A DNA stretch of 64,000 nucleotides, taken from NCBI GenBank assembly GCA_000002435.2, contig CM018790.1, one strand, 5' to 3'. Both the position numbers and the translations under genes were made by a program. Positions 50,646 through 59,677 of this stretch are shown in pieces. This stretch comes from Giardia intestinalis. Its lineage: Eukaryota. The notes under the pieces are model-generated. The model searched no databases. It was given only the letters and a program-made list of their open reading frames with translations, and was not told the origin of the DNA. Each line of letters opens with the position of its first letter. Within the stretch, counting starts at the first letter, position 1.

Positions 50646-51059
50646 ATGGCGGAAGCTGAACTGACGCAGGACGTGGCCGAGGCCTTCATGCATTTTTACT
50701 ATGATTCTCTATTAACAGACCTGTTGAGAATACAATCTGTGGTTGACCAAAGCTGCAAGTTTGTCTACCGCACGTGCAAGCCCCACGGGAAGGAATCCCA
50801 ATATGATTCTAAAAAAGATCCCCAGGCCATTATGAAGGCACTCGAGGTCATCTATAAAGATATAGATAAAGTAGACATATTGATGTGGACCCCTGTTCTT
50901 TTGGAGGACAGTATTACCCTTGTGGTGTCTGCTAAGTACCAGCAGAAAAATAAGCAAGAGCCTTTGCTTACTAGTGAAGTGTTAGTCATAGGAAGGAGCA
51001 AGCAAAAACAGAAGCGGGGATTCTCCCTATTAGCAATCACTACGCACATCATAGAATGA
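50646..51059 (+). CDS. NTF2-like small protein, 137 aa. It could be nuclear transport factor 2 or an NXT/Mtr2 relative.
   Basis: The likely start is MAEAELTQDVAEAFMHFYYDSLL..., preceded by a 142-bp gap after the giant gene. Against human NTF2 it aligns as F.QHYY..F ... SC..W.G..F.GK.AI..KL..LPF......+ ... DS IIS+VVG. The track ORF starting at 50160 would overlap 344 bp of the giant gene. Confidence 0.45.
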   Translation: MAEAELTQDVAEAFMHFYYDSLLTDLLRIQSVVDQSCKFVYRTCKPHGKESQYDSKKDPQAIMKALEVIYKDIDKVDILMWTPVLLEDSITLVVSAKYQQKNKQEPLLTSEVLVIGRSKQKQKRGFSLLAITTHIIE

Positions 51060-51104
51060 TAGCGGGGTGGCTAAAAAATAAATCAGGTGACGGTGAGAGT
51101 AAAC

Positions 51105-53717
51105 ATGTGTCTCACGCATGCAGTGGAGACAATTGTGCATCGTCTAGAGGCCGAGCTAGACACCCCCTTGGGCAAGCTGCTGGAGGTTCATGAAAGCTAC
51201 CACGCCAAGGCATTTCCATTCAATGGGAGCTATAAGCAGCTACTCAAGCAACAGCACAGTATACCGTTCACAGAATATGATGCTATACTTATGTACAGGA
51301 TTCTATTTTATATCTACGATGCTATCAATCCAATTAATATATTACCAGAGCAGCTAAATGAAACAGTAGCTCCATGCGTCCTGTCCTTGCTCTCTCTGAT
51401 GCTTGGCAGGCACGTCTCCCCAGTGTTATGTGCCCTCAAAACCTTCATTTTATCAACCACACATGATACATTCTTTAAACCCATATACCGGAGTAGAGGT
51501 TGTGCATTTCCACATCTATTTCATGCATCGCTCAGCTCTGTCATCCAGGCTCATGCCGTAGGCTTCCTCACTGAAGCTTTGCAGGAGACGCCGTATGCAA
51601 AGTATATCAAATTGTACTGTAGACGATCGCGGCACGCCATATGCTGCCCTGTGATCTCCACGTCCTTTATCGACCAAGTACTTATGCAGTTTCTATCAAC
51701 ATCAAGCCCATTTTTGTCGAAAACACTGGCCAGTGAGTGCTGCAGCTGCGATCGATCAATAGTGCACGCTTTAAAGATAGTAGAAAAAAGGTGCAAGTTT
51801 CGGTACCTAGATAAGACTCGGCTCTACCTTCCAGACATCTCCTGTGGGTCCTCTTTCGGCCCGCCTGTGTCTTGCTTCAGTGACCAGAGCAGACCAGGAC
51901 CTGTTCGACTGACGTGGCTTCCAGTATCCAGGACCGTCATGAGTAGGGACGATCCTCTGTATCCTATTACTAAGTCCCCGGTGCCGTGTGCATGCTGTAG
52001 CTCTTCCACGACTTCGCCACAGACTTCCACCTGCACTCTAGGCATCACGGGGCGTGTTACCCAGCTCTTCCTAGACTTCCTGTCTCTCTCCTGTAAAACC
52101 GCAAAGGACTCGGGCAAGCCAGCCGACACACTTTCGTTTTTAAGATACTTAGAGACAACAGACACTAAGGATCTATGTTCCTGCATCAAACGGGATCTTA
52201 TTGCTGCTGCACAGCTTGATATGCTGCACGAACTTGATAAGCTCCTGCAGGAGGGCAGCCTGGCGTCTTGCCCTAGCCCAGCTGTGAGAAAGAAGCTTGC
52301 TGAGGTTGCTCATGTCTTTTCTATGCTGTATTATGATGTCCTAACATTGGAATGTCGAAGCACTGGACAATATACCACACTTTTGGCGTCCCACAATTAC
52401 ACTCCTGACAGGGCTCTCAGACTGTCCACTGGTGTCGGCAAGGTCCGAAAGACTAACAGCAATAACGAGGATCTTAGCAGCGACGGTGACTGGGTGCAGG
52501 AGCCAGCTAATGTACCTAAGAAAAAGCAATCATATCGGGTGTTCACCAGAGCCTTCGAAGCGAAAAATCTAGCACTGAACCTGTTCATCAAAGAGTGCAG
52601 TAGCTTCAAAGACCTGGATGCTTCGGGTATCTCTAAAGCGTCAGCGCTTTTCAGAATTATGACCTCTATGTGTCCAGAGAACAAAGATGAGGCCTTCTCA
52701 TCTACCTCCAAGGAGAAACGCGTCTCACTGCCATCTTCATATACTCACTCTGGCACCAGTAGCCATGAGGGAGACTCCCTCAGATACATTTTGGCTGTAA
52801 TGACCTCTTCTCTCTACAGTCCTGTCTCTCCCCCGCCCACGTCACACCCCTTCTACTTTTCCACAAGACAATTGTATAGGTTTATTCTGCTGAACAATTC
52901 TGCAAGTCCATGGATTCTTAATTTGGTAGAGCAGATCAGAACAAAAGACATCCAGATTGTGCGACACCGTGTACTGCCGACCAGAAGGATGTCCGTCTAT
53001 GAGTGTTCCAGACAGTGCTCGTGCCCCCTCTCATGCTTACGCCGGTGCGTTCAGTTTGGCAAGCGGTATAGGCTTCAAATCTTCCGGCAGCGGTATGGAT
53101 ATTGGGGTCTCAGGACACTGGATTATATACCAAAAGGAGCGCCGGTGTGTGAGTACACCGGAGATCTGATTGGAGAGAACCTAGCAGAGCGACGGGGTGT
53201 AATAGCTGACATGCAGCGCTGCTCATATCTCTATGACATCGTTTGTGTCTTCAAGTATTGCTTCTCATCTTCTGAAAAGCCAGCTCACAGAGACGCCCGC
53301 GGTGCATCCTCTGGAGGAATGCGGCTTGGACTTTCTAGCCATGGGATACGGGGTGCACACGTTTCTCAAGAAACCGCTGACTCCGATGATTCTTATAACC
53401 GCAGCGCATCAGACTTGGAGGCCAGCACCATATATGTTATAGACGCCACTAGAGCAGGCAATGAAGGCCGATATGCTAACCATCGCACAAGGGATAATAT
53501 AGTAGCCAAGCGAATAATATGGGACGACGACCCGATCACTAGTCACTTTGCCCACCCTCATCTTTACTTCTTTGCCACCACTGACATCAAACCAATGGAA
53601 GAGCTGTTCCTCAACTACATGTACAAGGACAACGGCGACGGCCTCATAAGGCTGAAGTACCCCTGGGCTTTCGACAATGAAGCAGTGACGAAGGAAGCCA
53701 ATGAGGAGATTCACTAA
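51105..53717 (+). CDS. Histone-lysine N-methyltransferase with a C-terminal AWS/pre-SET + SET domain, about 870 aa.
   Basis: The C-terminus holds the Cys cluster CSRQCSCPLSCLRRCVQFGKRYRLQIFRQRYGYWGLRTLDYIPKGAPVCEYTGDLIGE. This is followed by ...RYANHRTRDNIV... (NHSC-like) and ...MEELFLNYMY (ELxxDY-like), the SET2/SUV39-type order. The long N-terminal region is unassigned. The track start at 51087 is GTG, and the first ATG is at 51105. Confidence 0.65.
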   Translation: MCLTHAVETIVHRLEAELDTPLGKLLEVHESYHAKAFPFNGSYKQLLKQQHSIPFTEYDAILMYRILFYIYDAINPINILPEQLNETVAPCVLSLLSLMLGRHVSPVLCALKTFILSTTHDTFFKPIYRSRGCAFPHLFHASLSSVIQAHAVGFLTEALQETPYAKYIKLYCRRSRHAICCPVISTSFIDQVLMQFLSTSSPFLSKTLASECCSCDRSIVHALKIVEKRCKFRYLDKTRLYLPDISCGSSFGPPVSCFSDQSRPGPVRLTWLPVSRTVMSRDDPLYPITKSPVPCACCSSSTTSPQTSTCTLGITGRVTQLFLDFLSLSCKTAKDSGKPADTLSFLRYLETTDTKDLCSCIKRDLIAAAQLDMLHELDKLLQEGSLASCPSPAVRKKLAEVAHVFSMLYYDVLTLECRSTGQYTTLLASHNYTPDRALRLSTGVGKVRKTNSNNEDLSSDGDWVQEPANVPKKKQSYRVFTRAFEAKNLALNLFIKECSSFKDLDASGISKASALFRIMTSMCPENKDEAFSSTSKEKRVSLPSSYTHSGTSSHEGDSLRYILAVMTSSLYSPVSPPPTSHPFYFSTRQLYRFILLNNSASPWILNLVEQIRTKDIQIVRHRVLPTRRMSVYECSRQCSCPLSCLRRCVQFGKRYRLQIFRQRYGYWGLRTLDYIPKGAPVCEYTGDLIGENLAERRGVIADMQRCSYLYDIVCVFKYCFSSSEKPAHRDARGASSGGMRLGLSSHGIRGAHVSQETADSDDSYNRSASDLEASTIYVIDATRAGNEGRYANHRTRDNIVAKRIIWDDDPITSHFAHPHLYFFATTDIKPMEELFLNYMYKDNGDGLIRLKYPWAFDNEAVTKEANEEIH

Positions 53718-53811
53718 CGCGTCAATTGTGTAACCAACTCTGCGCTTCTGTGAACAGGCACCTTGATGCCTCACAGGCGACAATCTAAGTCCGACGAGCC
53801 GACAGCTTGCT

Positions 53812-54294
53812 CTACTTACGGCTCACTTGAGAACTCAAGTCCCCGACGCGCCCGCCAACGGTTCCGGAACCCTTTGCAACAGAGTCTCTGCCAGCCAGAC
53901 CACGCCCGGTACCGTCCGCGTTGAAGCGCTCCTTGTGGGTTCCATGGTAAGTGCTCGGGTCCGTCAACCTATCAAATATAGACCCGCCCTTGACCTGGGA
54001 CGCAGCCTTTGGCTTGTCTCTACTGGAGGTCGGGTGTTCCGTGTGTGCTGCCTCGGTACCTGCAGGCTTACGGTTGACAGTCGGTGCAACGGGATCGTGC
54101 TTTTTGTTAATGTTGGATGCCTCCTGGAGCTTGATGTGGTCGTGCTTCACATCAGGGCGATCGTTGAAGCGAGCGCGGTGGGACGCCTGATAGGTGCTCG
54201 GATCCGTCAGCCTGTCGAATATGGAGCCGCCCTTGATCTGGGAGGCGGCTTTGGGCTTTTCCGTCATGTCTTGTTTCGCGTAATGGTCCGGCAT
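53812..54294 (-). CDS. p25-alpha / TPPP family protein, 160 aa, with an internally duplicated C-terminal motif.
   Basis: Two copies of KAASQ(I/V)KGGSIFDRLTDPSTY(Q/H)..H(R/K)(A/E)RFN are present. The second matches the TPPP C-terminus ([28 protein letters not shown]) as RLTDPSTYHGTHKERFNADGTGRGLAGR. Confidence 0.7.
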   Translation of the reverse strand: MPDHYAKQDMTEKPKAASQIKGGSIFDRLTDPSTYQASHRARFNDRPDVKHDHIKLQEASNINKKHDPVAPTVNRKPAGTEAAHTEHPTSSRDKPKAASQVKGGSIFDRLTDPSTYHGTHKERFNADGTGRGLAGRDSVAKGSGTVGGRVGDLSSQVSRK

Positions 54295-54346
54295 GAGCTT
54301 AGCTTTTTAATTGGGGACACGAAAAACCTGTAATTTTATATTTAGA

Positions 54347-57300
54347 TTATCCTACCCATTCCCCTTCGAAGACTGTGCCATTTGCATATGTCATGACACC
54401 CTTACCGCATATCTTATTTGCCAGAAAGTGCCCCACATAAACATCTCCATTTGCATACCTCAGAGTTCCCTTTCCGTGGTACTTACCATAGCTAAACTCT
54501 CCTGTATACACGTCTCCACTCTTCTGCCGACGCACTCCTTCACCGTGCGGCATCCCAGCAGCAACGTTTCCTTCGTAGTAGTCTCCATTACTGTATGTTA
54601 TCTTGCAGTCGCTTCCTTCCATAACGTCATGGGCGAACGTTCCCTCCAGGACATCTCCGTTGATAAGGCGCATGATGCCCTGGCCGTGCTTCATGTTGTT
54701 AGCAAACTCCCCCTCATATCTGTCGCCGTCTCTGTAGACCAAAGTTCCTGCACCCCACATTTCGTTTTCTCTCCACATTCCCTCGTAGACACTGCCATCT
54801 GGAAAGGTCATTTTACCGAGTCCGCTACGAAGATCTTCCTTGTACGGTCCAGTGTATGTACTGCCGTTAGGATAATTCATCGTGCCGTGTCCATGCCGAA
54901 GGTCGTTAAGAAACTCACCTACATAAATCTTCTCTTCTTTGTATATTAGAGTGCCACTTCCACAGCGCTTATCCTCTTTATACTCGCCTTTGTACTTTAG
55001 CGCTCCAGTAGACAGGTAGAATGCACCACTCCCATGCCTCATGCAATCAAGTACGTCGCCCTCATAGTAGTCTGAGTTTGGATATACCATCCTGCACTTG
55101 TGGGCAGAAGGGGTTATGCTGGGGTTTGTCAGGGCAGAAGCATCGGCGTCTACCTCGTCTAGGGCCAAATTGTATTGAGCACATAAGTTCTCGGACGGGT
55201 CTGTGTGTCCTTTGTTGAGCAGCTCTATCCTGGCAGAGCACAGCGTAGAGTAGTGCTTCTTAAACTGCTCTGGTAATCTCTTAAGCTGCCAATGGATTGT
55301 AAGAAACGTGGTAGTTGATGAAAGAAACGCCTTTCCGGCTCCATAGAACACTCCGTAGACATATTCTCCTATATATCTAATATCGGAGCTTTTGAACACA
55401 ATCTCCACAGTATCTTTCTCGTTACCATTCTCATATGTGTTTTCCATTATTATTGGCTGGAGAGGTTGTATGGTTTTTTCTAGCACACCATCATCACTTT
55501 TACCGTCCTTGTCGCGTCGCTCTAACACCCGAAACCGGTTAGATGTGCCGTTGATGAATTTGACAAGCTTTCCGGATGGGACTCCTTTGACGTATCTTCC
55601 TGTTTCAATCTCTCCCTGGGAACTCAGAATAGTCTGATCACCGCACAGGTTGTCGTTCCTGAAAGCCCCAATGACTAGCAACCCGGATCCTGCTGAAAAT
55701 GCCTTCCCGGCCCCGTGTCGTCTATCTGCGTAGAAGCCTCCACGATATATGTCTCCGTTGACATAATGCACGACTGCAATGTTAGACGATGTAAGTGTAA
55801 ACTCATAGGGATCCTCACTACACCCAAGAGTCAGACAATAGCTAGGCTCCGCACTCTCTGGACCATGATCTTTCGAGGATGCAAACCTCATTGGGCCGGC
55901 GTATGTTCTTATGTGACTGTGTGGGCCATAAGGCCTTGTCTCGCTATGAGCGTAGATCAAAAGATTGTACCCCCCGTGGGAGATGTCTCCCTCATAAAAG
56001 CTAGCTGTCAGCACATAGTTATACATAGGGTTTGTCAGCTTCCCAAGCCCAGAAAACTTCCCTCTAGAAAATCTCCCTTTGTAGCTGATTCCATTAGAAT
56101 ATTCTAGGAGGCCTTCTCCGTGGAAGAGGCCGTCCTTTAAAGGGCCTCTATAATGGTAGGTATTATCTGAAACAGTGTATACTGTACATGCACCAGCCTG
56201 AGCTTGCTGTATCCCTTTAACTACCCGCCTGTTTTGCGGGTCTGAATATTTAAATATCACCGTGCAGTGCTCTTGTGCCTTTCCATCCTCAAACTCACCT
56301 TCTGTTAGAGTGTCTTCTGCGCTGCTATAATATGTGCCCACACCCGTTTGCTTTCCTGCGATAAACTGACCCTTGTACCATGAGCCATCACCGAATGAGA
56401 GTGTTCCATCTCCATGGGGAAGCCCATTTGCAAATTCTCCTACATAGCTAGCATCACCCATCCTACCATTGTTTCCATAGGTGATCTTGCCTGCACCCTC
56501 CAGACGCCCTTCAACGAAATTCCCTTCGTAGATGTCTCCCGTCGTGGTCAACAGCAACCGCCCGGGGCCATGTCTAACATTATTGTAAAATGCTCCCACA
56601 TATTCTTCTCCTTCACTGGGAAGTTCTTGGCGGGATTCTGGGCCATCACGGCGAGACTGCACAAAAATCCCCTCGTACCGCTCCTGCAGTGTTGGTCGGC
56701 CATTGTGATCTCTTTTATAAAGAGACAGAACTCCGTGACCCGAAAGGACATTATCACTGATTGGCCCCTGGTAATTGAAAAGTTCCGATGATATAACAAT
56801 GCTTTTTCCACAGAGCGTTAATTCAGGACTAATATATCCTTTGTAGTTCGCTAGAACTGGTTCCTCGTAATCAATCCCTAGTGCTTGGAAAAAGTTTTCT
56901 TCCACAAATGAGGCCTCCAAAGCTATCTCTACTTCCCCTTGAAAAGAGCATACACAAGACAAGAGCTGTTTAGAGCCTAGTAGTTCTAAAAGCCTGTAGT
57001 ACCTAGAGAGATTGAAGTAGTTACATAGCTTGTACAGGTCTGGCTTCTGAGGCGAGGTCACAACTCCTGAAACAACCCCTAGACCTGGAGCAGTTACTTT
57101 GCCTTCTAGCAAGGGAAGATCGGCGTCAAATTGGCCGGAGTATTCTACTAAGAGCTTGTCATTGCATTTCAGAGCAAACTCTCCTTGTCCCCTGCGTCTG
57201 CCGTTACGGTACGTCCCCGAGTAGAGGAGACGTAACTGCGAAGATCCTGTGTCAGACGAGTGAACAGAGATGTCCATGGTGGCCTCTCCGTCTAGTATGG

Positions 57301-59677
57301 AACTATTGTAGGTCCCAGTAATTGTTGCAGTGCATACTAAATAAGGAGCTTCTGCCTGAGAAAGCGTAGCATACTCTGATTCCACTTTATCCTGAGTAAG
57401 AACGGATAGCTCAAGCGATCCATCTAAGTAGCCATCTGCGAAAGACCCGGTTGCTAAAACAGCAAGCCTGGTGTCAGGAAATTGATAGAACATAGCTCCA
57501 GTCCCTGTCAGGCGCATATCCTCCAGTGTTCCAGCGTAGAACTGTGGAACGAGGCTAGTCAAGTTGCTAGGATCTAGGGTAACCGACTTCAAGTTACACG
57601 TTTGCACATCTGTCAAAACAGCTTGCTCGCTATTGAGGTCCTCTCCGGCTAAGATCTTGGCCACGACAGTTTCAAGATTATCTGCCGAAGCGTTGAAGAA
57701 AGATACGAAATAGGAGGGTGAAAACCTAGAAGGATTGGCCCTTTTGATTGGCTGAAGCTGACTAACAGTCATGAGGTCTGACGGATCATCAACCGTATCT
57801 CTGGCAGCTCTGGAAACAGAAAGGGATGTCTTAAGGCAGAGCTTCCGCATCGCACTCGTCACTAGCGATGGGAAGGCATTCGGTGCACTGCAATACACAC
57901 GATAGCGAAACGTATCCACCTCAACTAGGACAGGGCATTGTGGCACATTGTGCTTGAAAGAACCAATGGTTCTGCGGGCTATGTGTTCATTGGTTACTTT
58001 GTCTAAACACATGTAATCCGTGAGGACGCCAGATAAGAACGTATCATCCTCAAATTTTCCAACGAAATGATACAGATTTCCAGCCTGTTGTGTCCCCCGT
58101 CCTGATCGGAGGCCACGAACAAAGGTCCCCTTGTAAACTACCGCCAATCCTTTTCCCGGGAGTGTAGATCTTCCAAGGCGAGAAACACCTGTTGTTTGAA
58201 GGAATGATTCTATCACGGAAGCCTCCACTGTTGAAGATTGACAGACAGAGCTATGTTGAGGACGGAGCGCCGGATTGAAGCCCATCGAAAGGGTGCCCTC
58301 CCCCGTTATCTGATCATCCTGTGCAGTACCACTAAAATAGAGGTTATTGCAGATTATGTCAAGGTCTCCCTGTCGCTGGCACATAGTATCCAGTGTAAAC
58401 TTAGACTTATATGTAAGCGCGTTATTGGCCCTATCCTTAAACTCAATAGAGATACTACATGCGCCATGGAACACATTGCTTGAATATTTGGAAAATGTGA
58501 TCGCAAGTTTGAAGTACTGAATTAGGTCGACTTCACTTGATTCCAAAATAGCTAGGTCCCCTGTATAGCTGAAAGCAACGGTCCCAGTAGATGGGATCCC
58601 AGCTACATAATCTCCCGAAAAGGTGAACTGGTTATCGTACTCCACCTCACAGCTACCGTCCAATACCCCGGCCTTAATAGACCCTGTATAGCTTACTATT
58701 AATCGAGGAGAGATACATGAAGAGAGAAAGCGCATAAGCGGCTCCACTCTAGCGTTCCAGACACTCGTGTAGAGACCATCTTCATAGCAAAGGAGGTAGT
58801 CACTGAACACAGACACGCTATCGGGTTCTAGCAGCCCCAGAATAGTGTTAATGGTGTGTCTGGATGGGTACTTATTGGATCCCTTTATCACGTAGTGAGC
58901 TGCTCTGTCCTCTATCTTGCCAGAATTGAACTGTGCCTCATAGATGCCTCCGTCTGGAAGTAGAAGCCTTCCTGCACCGCTATATAGGCCATCCAGAAAG
59001 CCTCCTACGTAAATTGTCCCATCCTTATATTCTATTCTGCCCTGTCCTGTCTGTTGTCCATCCGAAAACTCTCCTTTGTACGTGTACTCTTCGGTTTGCA
59101 GCTCGCCACTGCCATGAAATACCCCCTTAGTGAACGCACCTACGTAGTAGAAGGCAGGGGTTTTAAGGGTTCCAGAGCCATGGTAATCCCCACATTCAAA
59201 GGCACCCTCATAGTGTGCCTCACCCACGATATCCAGAACCCCTTTGCCATGGCGAAGGTTGCTTTTCCATTCACCTTCGTAGTAGCTCCCGTCTTTATAC
59301 GTCAAGATGCCTCTACCCTCACGAACATCATTGGCCCATGTACCCTCATAGACTGAGCCATCGGGATAATGGCACGTCCCTGTGCCGTCACGCTTCTCTT
59401 GCCTGTATGTTCCTTCGTATACCGTACCGTCCTTATAGCGTGTGCGGCCCTTTTTAAACATCTGAAGAGACAATCCTTTGGTTTTATAGAGGTTTATGTC
59501 TTGGTCCTTAAGTATCGTTCCATTGGATGGTGGCAGATCATAGTACATCCAAAGATAAACTGTGACTATAGCTATAGGCAGGAGATGCGATTTATGAAAA
59601 CGGTGCTTGACGGTAAGCAAAGTCAATCTTATAGCACCTTGGTCGCCAGAAGGGTGTATGGATATTACACTACGCAT
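54347..59677 (-). CDS. MORN-repeat protein, 1776 aa.
   Basis: Dozens of MORN units (Y.G....G..HG.G.....+G..Y.G.W) are present. Examples are YEGTYRQEKRDGTGTCHYPDGSVYEGTWANDVREGRGILTYKDGSYYEGEWKSNLRHGKGVL and the C-terminal run YEGDVLDCMRHGSGAFY...YVGHFLANKICGKGVMTYANGTVFEGEWVG. The ATG at 59675-59677 overlaps the Dicer stop by 8 bp, so the true start may be a downstream Met. Confidence 0.75.
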   Translation of the reverse strand: MRSVISIHPSGDQGAIRLTLLTVKHRFHKSHLLPIAIVTVYLWMYYDLPPSNGTILKDQDINLYKTKGLSLQMFKKGRTRYKDGTVYEGTYRQEKRDGTGTCHYPDGSVYEGTWANDVREGRGILTYKDGSYYEGEWKSNLRHGKGVLDIVGEAHYEGAFECGDYHGSGTLKTPAFYYVGAFTKGVFHGSGELQTEEYTYKGEFSDGQQTGQGRIEYKDGTIYVGGFLDGLYSGAGRLLLPDGGIYEAQFNSGKIEDRAAHYVIKGSNKYPSRHTINTILGLLEPDSVSVFSDYLLCYEDGLYTSVWNARVEPLMRFLSSCISPRLIVSYTGSIKAGVLDGSCEVEYDNQFTFSGDYVAGIPSTGTVAFSYTGDLAILESSEVDLIQYFKLAITFSKYSSNVFHGACSISIEFKDRANNALTYKSKFTLDTMCQRQGDLDIICNNLYFSGTAQDDQITGEGTLSMGFNPALRPQHSSVCQSSTVEASVIESFLQTTGVSRLGRSTLPGKGLAVVYKGTFVRGLRSGRGTQQAGNLYHFVGKFEDDTFLSGVLTDYMCLDKVTNEHIARRTIGSFKHNVPQCPVLVEVDTFRYRVYCSAPNAFPSLVTSAMRKLCLKTSLSVSRAARDTVDDPSDLMTVSQLQPIKRANPSRFSPSYFVSFFNASADNLETVVAKILAGEDLNSEQAVLTDVQTCNLKSVTLDPSNLTSLVPQFYAGTLEDMRLTGTGAMFYQFPDTRLAVLATGSFADGYLDGSLELSVLTQDKVESEYATLSQAEAPYLVCTATITGTYNSSILDGEATMDISVHSSDTGSSQLRLLYSGTYRNGRRRGQGEFALKCNDKLLVEYSGQFDADLPLLEGKVTAPGLGVVSGVVTSPQKPDLYKLCNYFNLSRYYRLLELLGSKQLLSCVCSFQGEVEIALEASFVEENFFQALGIDYEEPVLANYKGYISPELTLCGKSIVISSELFNYQGPISDNVLSGHGVLSLYKRDHNGRPTLQERYEGIFVQSRRDGPESRQELPSEGEEYVGAFYNNVRHGPGRLLLTTTGDIYEGNFVEGRLEGAGKITYGNNGRMGDASYVGEFANGLPHGDGTLSFGDGSWYKGQFIAGKQTGVGTYYSSAEDTLTEGEFEDGKAQEHCTVIFKYSDPQNRRVVKGIQQAQAGACTVYTVSDNTYHYRGPLKDGLFHGEGLLEYSNGISYKGRFSRGKFSGLGKLTNPMYNYVLTASFYEGDISHGGYNLLIYAHSETRPYGPHSHIRTYAGPMRFASSKDHGPESAEPSYCLTLGCSEDPYEFTLTSSNIAVVHYVNGDIYRGGFYADRRHGAGKAFSAGSGLLVIGAFRNDNLCGDQTILSSQGEIETGRYVKGVPSGKLVKFINGTSNRFRVLERRDKDGKSDDGVLEKTIQPLQPIIMENTYENGNEKDTVEIVFKSSDIRYIGEYVYGVFYGAGKAFLSSTTTFLTIHWQLKRLPEQFKKHYSTLCSARIELLNKGHTDPSENLCAQYNLALDEVDADASALTNPSITPSAHKCRMVYPNSDYYEGDVLDCMRHGSGAFYLSTGALKYKGEYKEDKRCGSGTLIYKEEKIYVGEFLNDLRHGHGTMNYPNGSTYTGPYKEDLRSGLGKMTFPDGSVYEGMWRENEMWGAGTLVYRDGDRYEGEFANNMKHGQGIMRLINGDVLEGTFAHDVMEGSDCKITYSNGDYYEGNVAAGMPHGEGVRRQKSGDVYTGEFSYGKYHGKGTLRYANGDVYVGHFLANKICGKGVMTYANGTVFEGEWVG

